DNA of 64,000 nt from Octopus vulgaris (lineage: Eukaryota): NCBI GenBank assembly GCA_951406725.2, contig OX597832.1, positions 63,736,001-63,800,000 on the forward strand, given 5' to 3'. A program made the position numbers and the translations under genes. This document shows positions 52,295-64,000 of the stretch, in pieces. The notes under the pieces are model-generated. The model was given only the letters and a program-made list of their open reading frames with translations. It was not told the origin of the DNA and searched no databases. Numbering within the stretch: position 1 is the first letter of the stretch; every line of letters starts with the position of its first letter.

Positions 52295-52512
52295 ATTATT
52301 TGTGGATTAAGGCTACCATTAGTTTCATGTTGAGGAAGCCCTTAACAGTTATCAAGCCTATCACATGGAACATCAGTGTTAGTCTCCATTTTGGATCAAA
52401 AATGGACAGAACAGTTAAGGGCTTCCTTAACATGAAACTAATGGTAGCCTTAATCCACAAATAATTTTTATCCACCAATGTGGTATTGAGCACCCGTTTT
52501 CATTGTTTGAGA
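52295..52512. mobile_element. Small PLE-end foldback inserted in a SINE microsatellite
   Basis: Arms 52295-52347 and 52414-52465; tail with gtattgagcacc; preceded by a SINE A head (~52090-52250). Confidence 0.75.
52310..52359 (-). ncRNA. Degenerate type I hammerhead ribozyme
   Basis: Reverse complement: aggc-TTGATAA-c-tgttaagg-gctt-cctcaaca-t-GAAA-ct-aat-gg-T-A-gcct; all three stems intact, core two transitions from CTGATGA. Confidence 0.6.
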
Positions 52513-53155
52513 CACACACACACACAATTATATATATATATGTGTGTGTGTTTGGGAACATGCATATTTGCCTGAGTGTTTGCATTTCCTTGTCTTTACA
52601 TTCTACAATGATTGTAAATGAATGTCATTGTCATACAAGCAGAGTTGTTCTGCCATGATAACATGCTTGGCCATGGATGAAAATTATTTGGGGAAAAGAT
52701 AAATGCATCTGGCCAGAGAAAATCTGCCTCAATAAATTGTGTCCAACTCATACAGGGATAAGTGAATGTTGAAATAATGATTTAATGCATGCACAAAAGG
52801 CAATGAATAAACAAAAAAGAAACTGGCATACAACACAGTTAGATAGAGTTACATGTATATAAGTTTGACTCAGCTCTACATTAAAGTGGTAAGCATGTCC
52901 TACATCCATGAAACTGTAAGTACTATGAGGCTAAGTCATTGCATGTATGTATGTGTGTGCCATCTCTTATGAACCGAACAGGATTGCAGGGGCATAAAGA
53001 AAACATGAACTACGCAAGTCCAGGGACAACTCCTTACTTTCAGGCCCAGCAGACCACCAGCAGGTTTATTTCCCAATGTGCCTGGGGCCAGTAATATTTC
53101 TTAGTAATATTAATTTATATTGGAAACAATATATATAATGAATATAATAAAAGTT

Positions 53156-53399
53156 CAGTTCTATATTTATGGGCGTATGGCGTAGTGGTTAAGAGCATGA
53201 GCTACTAACCCCAAGATTCTGAGTTCAATTCCAGGCAGTGACCTGAATAATAATAATAATAATATTGAAAAATACCTTAGGAATGAGAACCCAGGTTTGA
53301 AATTTCCCCAAGACACCTGATGAAGGCTGGAGGGTATATCAGCTGAAACGTTGCGTCAATAACAAACAAGATGAGGACAAATATCCATCAAATGTAAAT
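53156..53399 (+). mobile_element. tRNA-derived SINE carrying a hammerhead ribozyme
   Basis: A-box tggcgtagtgg (53178-53188), B-box gagttcaattcc (53221-53232), (AAT)n linker, HHR at 53312-53357, 15-bp flanking direct repeat aatataataaaagtt (53141-53155, 53400-53414). Confidence 0.8.
53312..53357 (+). ncRNA. Minimal type I hammerhead ribozyme
   Basis: gacac-CTGATGA-a-ggctg-gagggtatat-cagct-GAAA-cg-T-T-gcgtc. Confidence 0.78.
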
Positions 53400-54009
53400 A
53401 ATATAATAAAAGTTGACAATTTTTATTATCTTGTATTTATTTTGTAAACAAATAATACAATATTACATAAGCATTTTATGTTTTTCTTTTTTGGAAACTC
53501 GCTGTGTACCGGCAGCTCATGGCTCACAGACCAGCACTGGTTTACAGACCACTATTGCTATAAATTACACTAAACAATTTTATAAGTCAGTACCAGGTTC
53601 TGCTGTGTTAGAAGAGTATCTGTAGAGATGACCTTAATTTGTGTCTCTTTGTTTTGATGTTGCTTAATTGTTGTAAATGAATGTGAGGCATTTCTAATAT
53701 TCTGTGAGGACCTGTCTGGCCATTGGGAAATAATACTTTGTTTGGAAACAGGTAATAGTTAGCAACAAGAAGGGCACCCAACCATATAATATTTGCCTGA
53801 ATAAATTCTGTCCAATGCGGGTACGCATGGAAAAGTGGATGCTAAAAAGATGAACGAGAGAAGGTATTATCTATTTATGACCTTTTTACTGGGCCTCTGA
53901 AGTAGGCTGGAGGGCAGGAGGATGAGCATACATACACACATACCTACCCATCATCATCATTGCTTTTTATGCCCTTCCATCCTGGCTGGAGAAGAAGGAA
54001 CACTCTGTT

Positions 54010-54320
54010 GGTTACAACGATGAGGGTCTCAGCTGATAGCATCAACAGAACAGCCTGCTCATGAAATTAACGTGCAAGTGGCTGAGCATTCCACAGACAC
54101 GTGTACCCATAATGTAATTCTCAGGGTAATTCAGTATGGCACAGAGTATGACAAGGCTGGCCCTTTGAAATAAAGGAACTACTTATTTTTGCCACCGAGT
54201 GGACTGGAGCAACGTGGAAATAAAATGTCTTGCTCAAGGACATAATGCATCACCAGGAATTGAACTCGCAACCTTACGATCATGAGCCGAATGCCTTAAC
54301 CACTAAGCCACACACCTTGA
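54010..54320 (-). mobile_element. SINE family C
   Basis: Homology to 38775-39095. Confidence 0.8.
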
Positions 54321-54564
54321 CAGTCAACAGCTAAGATGCTATATCTGATGCCAAGCCTTGATTTCAAGTAAGGTTCATTATTCCTTTGGGGTTTCACATA
54401 TCGAACTGTTGAACTGTCTATGTTTATGCAGGACTAATACAAATATCACTGCTGCCCAAATGGTGCTCAATGTAAAGACACAGTGACATATGTATGCAAA
54501 TGCCAACAAACCACCCCAGACACACACACGTTTCTGTGTGTAATTCTTTTATTATTCTTTTGTT

Positions 54565-55440
54565 CTTTTACTGGTTTCAGTCATTTGACTGACGCCATGC
54601 TGGAGCACTGCCTTTTAGGACTTATTCTTTGTAAGCCTACTACTTATATCACTCTCTTTTGCCAAATTGCTAAGTTATGGGGATGTAAACGCATCAACAT
54701 CAGTTGTGAAGTGATGATGGGGGGACAAGCAGTCACACACACATATACGACAGGCTTCTTTCAGAATCCCTCTACCAAATCCACTCACAAGGCTTTGCCC
54801 AAGGTGCCATGCAGTGGGACTGAAGCCAGAACCATGTGGTTGGGAAGCAAGCTTCTTACCACACAGCTACTCCTGCACCTATGTTATGTAAATTATTCAT
54901 GATAAATTATGGTAGATTATGGAAGAATATAAAAAAAGAGGAAGTGTACAAACAATGAGTTTACATTCTTATTTAACCCACAGTAAGGCTTTAAAATACA
55001 ATTATTTCAGTTCTTTTGAATTATACTAAGTTGTGTGTGCTTTAGGTGTAGGCATGGTTTTTGCAACCACATGGTTTCAGGTTCAATCTCACTGTGTGGC
55101 ATCTTGGGCAAGTGTCTCTTTCTTTTTTTTACGATAGCTTTGGGTTTACCAATGCCTTGAGTGAATTTGGTAGACAGAAACTGTATGTTAGCCTGCTGTG
55201 TGTATGCGTGTGTTTGTATATATATATATATCTATGTGTTTTTCTGTGTGTGTCTACATTCACCATTAGATAACTGGTATTGGTTTGTTTATGTCCATGC
55301 GATTCAATAAAAGAGACCCCCATACACCAAGAACCAGACTTAAAAAAAGATAAGTACTACTGGAGTTGATGTGTTTGCCTAAACTCTTCAAGGTGGAGCT
55401 CCAGCATGGCCACAGTCCAAGGAATGCAACATGTAAAAGA
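54565..55440. mobile_element. Head-to-head pair of SINE A copies (54565-54880 minus; 55045-55440 plus)
   Basis: Homology to family A in opposite orientations. Confidence 0.8.
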
Positions 55441-55573
55441 TACACACATACAAAAGTTCTGCATGGTTTCTGTTAAATTCTGATGACTCTGAAGTTGGAG
55501 AAGAAAATTTGCTAAAAGCACCACCCAAGGATATCTCATCTAGAACAGCAAGATTCCAAAGCCAACTAGTTAA

Positions 55574-55802
55574 CCCTTAGAACTGAAATGCCGGGGCACC
55601 GGCACTATGCCAAGATTGTATGTTCCTGAAATGCTGGTCTACTGGCACTCCTTGTGTCTTCATTTTTCACCATTTTGTACTCTTCTGTTGTGAAACACTC
55701 ATGTCTTTTAGCATCTATTCTAAAATTCTAAATTTTCAGTGAAACTTGCTGAGAGCTTAGGGTGGTGCATTCAATTCCTGTGGGTGGTTGGGGTTCAAAG
55801 GG
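55574..55802. mobile_element. piggyBac-like MITE (second family)
   Basis: TTAA|cccttagaac … gttcaaaggg|TTAA; perfect TTAA TSD. Confidence 0.8.
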
Positions 55803-56549
55803 TTAACCTCACCCATTCCTCTAATATTTCTTAAAAATAGTTTCAGTCAATGATTGTGACCCCATGATTGGAAGTAACCTGTTCTGCTGGTGCTAAGTGG
55901 CTGACCAATTTAGTTTCGAAATGGTAAGTTACACACACTCGCACACATATTCATATACATAGACTGGCAGTATACACACAGTTATACACATCTACACATT
56001 CGCATACAGACAAAGGTATTCATGTGTACGATGCACACACATGCACAAACATTGAAAATTTAGTTTCAAAAAGGAGAATTTAAAAAATAAAGAAACTGGA
56101 GTAAAATTTACATAATTTGAGAAGAAAATTTATGAGGAATGGGTTGGAGTGCGTAAAGTCAGGTCTGTAATTGTCAACACAAGTGATTTATAGGATTTTG
56201 TTTCAAGACCTGTTATTGTATGACGTGTGTGTGTGTGTGTCTGTGTGTTTGTGTCTGTATGTGTCCTGTTTGTGTGTGTCATTGTTTTGTCTTTGACATA
56301 ACAATACCAAATGATAATAAAAATAAATACATAAAAACAGTATTGTCAGAATGGTGTGTTTAACAACCCTAAAAATAAAAAAGAAAAAAAAATACAGATC
56401 ATTAAAATACCAGACTAAAATAAGCTATAGGGTTGTAAAGATCAACCAAAGTAATGGAGATGTGGGTTCAAGTCCTACTAGCAGTCTTTGGCTCTTTTCA
56501 TCCAAAAGGGGTTTTTAACCCAATATGCTATTATTTTGTTTTATTCTTT

Positions 56550-56955
56550 TATTCTTATACTTGTTTCAGTCATTTGACTGTGGCCATGCTGGAACACTGC
56601 CTTTAGTCGAACATATTGACCACAGAACTTATTCTTTGTAAGCTTAGTACTTATTCTATTGTTCTCTTTTGCCGAACTGCTAAGTTATAGTGATGTAAAC
56701 ACACCAACATCGGTTGTCAAGTGATGGTGGTGGTGGGGGAAACCCAGACACACAAATACATATATATATATATATATATATATACACACTTGACAGGCTT
56801 CTTTGAATTTCTGTCTACCAAATCCACTAACAAGGCTTTGGTCAGCCCAAAGCTGTAGTAGAAAACCCTTGCCCAAGGTGCCATGCAGTGGGACTGAACC
56901 TGGAACCATGTGGTTGGGAAGCAAGCTTCTTATCACACAACCACTCCTGCACCTA
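56550..56955 (-). mobile_element. SINE family A (CpG-decayed)
   Basis: Full-length homology. Confidence 0.9.
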
Positions 56956-57944
56956 TATACTGATTTATCTTTGTGAATTACTATTGCTAATAACAATAAT
57001 AATAATTCTTTCTAGTTTTGGTGCAACGCCAGAAATTTTGGTGGGAGGGACCTAGTCAATTCCACTTTTCTTTATCGACCCTGAAGAGATGAAAGGTAAA
57101 GCTGACCTTGGTAGTATTTGAACTCAGAACATAAAGTGCCAGAAGAAATGTTGCTAAGTATTTCTTCTGCTAGCTTGTTGCATTGACAATAATGATATTA
57201 ATGATATTTTCTAATTTTGGCACAAGACCAACAATTTTAAGATAAGGGGTTATCAGTTACACCAGTTCTAGCAATTTAAATTAGGTTAAGCAAAAACAAA
57301 GGATTTTTCTTCCCTAATTAGCTTTGACTGATGAATAACTTGAAAAAGTCTAAGACATTACTCTACTTCCATAAATTTCTTAGTGCAGAAGTGAGAACAA
57401 TAAACTGAGGACATTTTTGAAACAGGATTCAATTTTGAATCTCAATTTAGAAAGTTCATAGCTGTTCACTACATCTGGAAGATTATTTTTTTATCCCCCA
57501 CCCATAAAAAATCAACTGTATTTACACTCTATCTTTTTCTCTCACTTTCTCTGTCTTTCTATTTATCTTTTACCTTTCTGTTTGTCTCTTTATATTACAA
57601 GGCCAACAATTTTAGTGGGAGTGGGGTTAGTCGATTACATCAACCCCAGTGATCAACTGGAACTTATCTTATTGAGCTTGTGACCACAAATAAACTTTTA
57701 TAAAGCATAATTTGAACTAGACAAGAAATGGCTGAGAAATCAATGTGGTAGCATGGGGTCTGGTCAAGTGATAAATTCGTAGTTTGAGGTTTCTTGGTGA
57801 TGAGTTTTGTTGTTTGATTTTTTTGTTCTGGTATTAGCTACTAGCTTACAACCCAAAAAAAAAACATCATAGCCGATGCTTCACAGTACACACACACACG
57901 CACAACTTGTTTATTTTGAACCCTGTACTTGTGTTTAAAGCTGA

Positions 57945-58399
57945 TACTGGCTCTATCGGTTTCATTTGCCAAACCGCTAAGCTACAGGGACATAAACAAA
58001 CCAACACCAGTTGTCAAGCAGTAGTGGGACACCCACACACATACACAAACGACAGGCTTCTTTCAATTTCTGCCTACCAAATCTACTGACAGAGCTTTGG
58101 TCAGCTTGGGGCTATAGTAGGAGAGATACTTGCTCAAGATGCCGCACAGTGGGATTGACCAACTCAAGACCACATGGTTGGGAAGCAAGCTTCTTAAGCA
58201 CACAACACCTGATGTGTGTGTGTGTGTGTGTATAATGTGTGCAGGAGTGGTTGTGTAGCAAGACGCTTGCTTCCCAACCACATGGTTCCGGGTTCAGTCC
58301 CACTGCGTGGCATCTTGGGCAAGTGTCGTCTACTATAGCCTCGGACCGACCAGAGCCTTGTGAGTGGATTTGGTAGACGGAAACCGAAAGAAGCCCATC

Positions 58400-58448
<49 letters not shown>

Positions 58449-58640
58449 GTGTGTGTGTTTGTCCACCCTATACCATCGCTTGACATCCGATGCTGGTGTG
58501 TTTAGCGGTACGGCAAAAGGGACCGATAGAATAAGTACTAGGGTTACAAAGTATAATAAGTCCTGGGGTTGGTTTGTTCGATTAAAGGCGGCGCTCCAGC
58601 ATGACCGCAGTCAAATGACTGAAACAAGTAAAAGAGCAAA
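57945..58640. mobile_element. Head-to-head SINE A pair (57945-58210 minus; 58240-58640 plus)
   Basis: Homology to family A; ~30-bp (TG)n spacer. Confidence 0.85.
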
Positions 58641-58687
58641 AGTGCACACACACACACACGTGTAAATATGGGAGAGAGAGAGAGAGT

Positions 58688-58748
<61 letters not shown>

Positions 58749-58919
58749 GCACGCACGAACGTATGTATGTATGTATGTATATATGTATGTGTGTATGTAC
58801 GTGCTTGGAAAGAGCAACATGTATATGAGTTCACGCAGAAAAAAAGTAGCTATTCGCAAATATGTAACGAAAGACATAGCGGTCAAGGAGAGAGAATAAC
58901 TTAGTTACGCGAGGTACAA

Positions 58920-58980
58920 AATGACAATTGCAAGAAAACGCGCGCGCGCAAGCGCAGACCCCGCCCCCCCGTTCCTTTCC
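58920..58980. promoter_or_regulatory. CpG-rich patch with (CG)n and GC box CCCCGCCCC
   Basis: aaaacgcgcgcgcgcaagcgcagaccccgccccccc at the right edge of the CpG-depleted domain. Confidence 0.3.
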
Positions 58981-59951
58981 ACACTTGTATAAGTATTAAA
59001 GATCGACACATGCATAATTGAACACTACAATGATGCACGCACAAGGACAATGTGATATAAACACAGTAAGCCTATCGCACACATCCGGATACACATTAAG
59101 TTACATACACACACTCGCACACGTATATACACAGTTATACACATCTACAGGTTTATACATTCACATACGGACAAAGGTATTCGTGTGTATGACGCACACA
59201 CATGCACTGACATCGAAAATTACATCGTTCTACGTAAGTCACACATAAAATATTGTCTTCTCGTATAATTTCATTCACATCCTGGATGCATTACACACAC
59301 ACACACACACACACGATATTGTCGGCAGCAGCTTTTACTACTACCTCAATCGACACCGGAAGGTTTGGAAAGCAAACTGGACCTCGACTGGATTTGAACT
59401 CGCAAATGTAAAGGACAGTAAACTAAAGTACGACACTCTAACGAGTCTGCCAATCCATCGCCTGGTAAACACATCCAAAGGTTCTTACACACACACACAC
59501 ACACATAATGTATGTAAATACATTCTCAAATCCATACCCCAACGTACTTTCATTTAAAAACACGCACGTATATATACTACAATGTATGAGAATATATATA
59601 CACAAGCCAACAAGTCCACATTCAAAATATGTATATACACACACGAGCGCATACACATATATGTGTACGATATGTTATATAATTATAAAAATAATATACA
59701 GTGATATTGTGCGTACAGAAAGACTATTGTCATTAACAGCATACAAATACTCACATCTTATATTTATATGTACTCTGAGATACACATAGACACACACACA
59801 TCGATATACATATAGATATACATGTATACATACACATATATTTATCAAATCTTACGTATGATTATACAAACCGCAATAAAAATTCTCACATATATACACA
59901 CACATGTACACACATATACACGTATGTATATACAAATATATATAAATATAC

Positions 59952-60022
<71 letters not shown>

Positions 60023-60966
60023 CACGTTTCCGGGTGCTTATACACATAAACGTTCTTGACCATTGCCAAGACCACGCTGGAGCACTTCACACTACACACA
60101 TACAAGTAGGTATACATATGTATATGTGTGTGAGTGTCTAATCCTGCTCATATCCACTCGTTCATTCATTCTTATCAATCCACCCACATACACACAGACT
60201 ATATGTATATACACGTATATATAATTATACACCCCACCATCACCCCTGTTTGTTATCGCACCTTGCTCTCTTGCTTTTTGCCCTTTTTTTGTTGTATCCT
60301 TACCTTCAATTTCTTCCTTCCTTCCTTCTTATTCAATTGTTATTTCATCCTTGCTGTCACCGACTTTCCTCTGTCATCGTTAGTTCCCGTCTAACAACTG
60401 TCATCGCTTACAACCAACTACAACAACACTACCGCCCCCCTCTCTCTCTCTGCTCTGCTTTCTTTCAACTTCTCTCCTCCCCTTCCTCCTACTATGACTA
60501 TTCCTTTTCTCCCCCTTTTCCCATCGCCTTACTCTCTGATTTTACCTCGCACCATTCCTCTCGCGACTTTACTTTTACTTTCGTTCATCTTAAGCTTTCT
60601 TTTTTCTCTCTCCTTTTTTACAGGTTTTCTCCTTTCTGTTTTCGTCTTTATCCTTCTCTCTTTCAGTCTTTGACTTTTTCTCTTTTTGTATTTCTGTGCT
60701 TTTTGTTTTCTTCGTCTTTCTTTTTGTCTATCTTTCTCTGTCTTCTCTATTTCTCCCTTCTTTCTCACGCTCTCCCTTCCTTTACGGCTTACTCTCTCTT
60801 CCTCCACTCCCATCCTCCGCCAACAACAGAAAAAGACGCGGGGCATAGATCAGATGGGACAGTGAGTACGGGACTGTGATTTGAGGGCTGCGAATGTGGA
60901 GGGGGCAACTCCACCTGTTTGAGGAAAGAGCAGAAACCTTTGGTGAAAAATTACGATATTTTTAGT

Positions 60967-61001
<35 letters not shown>

Positions 61002-61363
61002 TCATTGTTGTTTTATCTATCGCTCTCTCTCTATCTATCTATCGCTCTCTCTCTCTATCTATCTATCGCGCTCTCTCTCTCTCTCTATCTATCTATTTAT
61101 CGCTCTCTCTCTCTCTCTCTCTCTATCGCTCTCTCTCTCTCTCTATCTATTTATCTATCTATTGCTCTCTATCTCTCTCTCGGTTCCGTTCTGTGACAAG
61201 TACATCAGGTCTACACAGATCATGTATTAAGCATTGATTAGTAAAATATTCAATAAGCTGTTTGTCAGATTTGGTGATATGTCTGTAGGGGCTACATCAT
61301 CGATCTGCTCCAGGCCTGTTCCAACCTTCGCGCGGACTTACCGCTTTTCGCCCTCTCCCCCCC

Positions 61364-61414
<51 letters not shown>

Positions 61415-61511
61415 CTCTGTCTTTCTGTTATCATGGATTATCATTCTTTGTCTTTATATTCTTCTTGACCCTATTTAATCTTCTTTCACTCTGTGTATCT
61501 TTCCACCCCTT

Positions 61512-61572
<61 letters not shown>

Positions 61573-61737
61573 GTCTTTTAATCAATCAATCACCTGATGT
61601 GACCCCAGGGCAAGATGTGTCTGTGTGTTATCTTCAAATCAGAGACTTAACACTAAAACGTGCAACAATAAACTTCACCAAAGACATCTAAGAGCTAAAG
61701 TGGTCGAACGAAAACCGTGTGACGGATTAAATCTATC

Positions 61738-61795
<58 letters not shown>

Positions 61796-62063
61796 TTCTC
61801 CTCCTATCTCTCTGTTTCTGTCTCTCTATTTCTCTTTGTGTGTCTCTCTTTTTTTCAATTCCTGCCTCTCTTTCTCTGCCTATATCTTTCTCTCTATCCC
61901 TTTCTCATTCTCTCTCTACTTCTCTCCTCCAACCGTTCCCTATTTCTCATTCCTAATTCCTTTCAGTTATTTCTGGATCTCTTCTGTCCGCATAGATTTC
62001 ATTATTTCCTCCTCAGCTATCCATTCTCTCTTATCTGTAAATATATCTTCACAACCCTCTCCG

Positions 62064-62160
<97 letters not shown>

Positions 62161-62455
62161 TATCTATCTATCTCTGCCTGTCTACCCACCTACCTACCTA
62201 CCTACCTACCTACCTACCTACCTACCTACCTACCTACCTACCTACCTACCTACCTACCTACCTACCTACCTACCTACCTACCTACCTACCTACCTACCTA
62301 CCTACATACCTACCTACCTACCTACCTACCTATATACCTACCTACCTACCTACCTACCTACCTACCTACCTACCTACCTACCTACCTACCTATATACCTA
62401 CCTACCTACCTACCTACCTACATACATATATACCTATCTACCTACATATCTATCT
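62064..62455. repeat. Compound (TATC)n-(CTAC)n microsatellite
   Basis: Direct reading; source of the IYLS and PTYL ORFs. Confidence 0.97.
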
Positions 62456-62513
62456 ACATGCACTTCATATTTAAAAAAAAATTTTTCTTAGTCTTGTTTA
62501 CACGCAAAACCCT

Positions 62514-62570
<57 letters not shown>

Positions 62571-63845
62571 ACATTCTTTGTTTTGTCCTGTGCTGTCCAT
62601 AATGTTTCTCTTCATGTAAAGCCTTCCGGTTAATAAAGAATTAATTATTATTATTATCGTCATCAAAGAAGTCGAGGGTGGAGAGGGAAGTGTTGCCTTG
62701 TAAGTTTGTTGAAAAGTGGAGTTAGGCGATCTTCCGTTTTAGATTGCCGGCGGGTGAATGTTGGAAGAATGGCCAGTGTGAAAGGACCAATTCTGAGCAT
62801 GCATCTGTAAAAGAAAGAAGGGCTCTTGCCCTGTTATTCAAGCACCATTGGCTTTTCTGGGGTTTTCCACGAGGACCTTAAAGCGCCTCCCCGGTTGTGA
62901 ATTTTAGTTTTCCCAATTATTATTATTACGTTGTGTACGCGCGAAAACCCATTGTATCGTCCTGTTTTTGTCTTTTATGTTGTATGTCAATTAATGTTTT
63001 GTATGTGAGCTCTTGTGGCTAAAAAGAGAGTATTATTTTCTGATAATCTCTTTGATATACACACAAATTTCCAACGCTTCCTCACGTGAATTCTCCTTTC
63101 TCTTCGTTCCATCTTTAATCCCTAATGCACTCAATCAATCTCTCTCACTCACTCTCTCTCTCTCTCTCACGCACACTCTCTTAAATCTCTCTCTCTCTCT
63201 CTCTGTCTCCTTTCCTTACAACTTTATTGTCTACATCTTCCTCTTCTCTTCAATAACCACCACCACCACCACCACCACCTCCACCTTCATCCTTCTGTTT
63301 GCCACCCCTTCGCTACAACCTCCCCCATCTTCATTACGTTTATCCTCCCCTTCCTGCGATCCCTGTTTCCCTCTCTAATTCTCATGTATTCCTTCCACAA
63401 CCACCCCCAACCACCTTTCTTTCCTCCCCCACTCCTCCTTCCACTCATCATCATTACGCTCAGCCGCCCCTTTCCTCGATCCCTGTACCCTTCCCTCGTT
63501 CTCGTCTATTCCTTCAGCCCCTCCCCCCACTACCAACATCTCCACTCTCGTCGTCCTCCACCTCTTCCTACTCTTCTCCTCCTCCCTCGTCCGCACTTGC
63601 ACTCCGTTACTTAAAGTACGTCTTTATCGTCTGCTACTGCTTGTTCGTCGATCATCATCATCATCATCATCATCAGTGCCATTATCATCGCCATCATCAG
63701 TGTCATCACTATCATCATCATGACCCTCGTTATTACTATCACCATCATCACCATCCTCATCATCGTCTTTATTATCGACTGTATTAGCAGCTGTTGCTGC
63801 AGGAGTTATCGATATTGTGTATGTATGTGTATGATAGCCACGCGA

Positions 63846-63921
<76 letters not shown>

Positions 63922-64000
63922 TTGTATGTGCAATATATATACATACGCACACATGCAAACACAGTAATCTTTTATCTTTTTTTTACTTGTTTCAGTCAGA

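Noticed and set aside
53171-53245. Functional tRNA gene
   Set aside because: A/B boxes are present but the acceptor stem is not closed, and it sits inside a TSD-flanked element; it is a SINE head. The same applies to the other SINE heads.
55847-55929. Exon-like segment ending in atg|gtaagt
   Set aside because: All three frames after the nearest acceptor contain stops; cannot be supported as coding.
57081-57100. CTGAAGA…GAAA motif
   Set aside because: A mutated part of the SINE B central domain (ccccgaaaggatgaaagg) with no stems. Similar chance hits at ~32047 (minus), ~55480 and ~57328 lack stem I.
60879-60942. Peptide FEGCECGGGNSTC resembling an ADAMTS Cys-rich motif
   Set aside because: In-frame stop immediately upstream, weak splice sites and no neighbouring supporting exons.
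61625-62491. 288-aa ORF with IYLS/PTYL repeats
   Set aside because: (CT)n, (TATC)n and (CTAC)n microsatellites.

Overview
Repeat-dense, AT-rich animal genomic DNA. It is most likely a cephalopod (Octopus-like), inferred from the tRNA-derived SINE families and extreme (TA)n/(CA)n content. Nearly all listed ORFs are microsatellite or repeat artefacts. Real coding remnants are: a young, 5'-truncated Penelope-like element (RT + GIY-YIG, 24920-26139) with inverted terminal repeats, a decayed mariner transposase (21304-22284), RTE LINE fragments, and one convincing host-gene exon on the minus strand (1104-1274) with two phase-compatible candidate first exons (16410-16446, 3971-4070). The most notable hidden signal is a set of type I hammerhead ribozyme (HHR) folds read directly from the sequence. 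These occur (i) in both terminal repeats of the Penelope-like element, (ii) in small foldback Penelope-end fragments inserted into microsatellites, (iii) in a ~200-nt non-coding element present twice in (TA)n tracts, and (iv) in a ~245-nt tRNA-headed SINE that carries an HHR and is flanked by a 15-bp target-site duplication (53156-53399). The window also holds many SINEs, MITEs (piggyBac-, hAT-, Tc1/mariner-like), a Helentron-associated element, a solo LTR, a ~720-bp palindrome, a recent templated-insertion mosaic, and CpG-decay domains suggesting methylated gene bodies. All folds and alignments were done by eye. Repeat boundaries are approximate unless a TSD or TIR is quoted.
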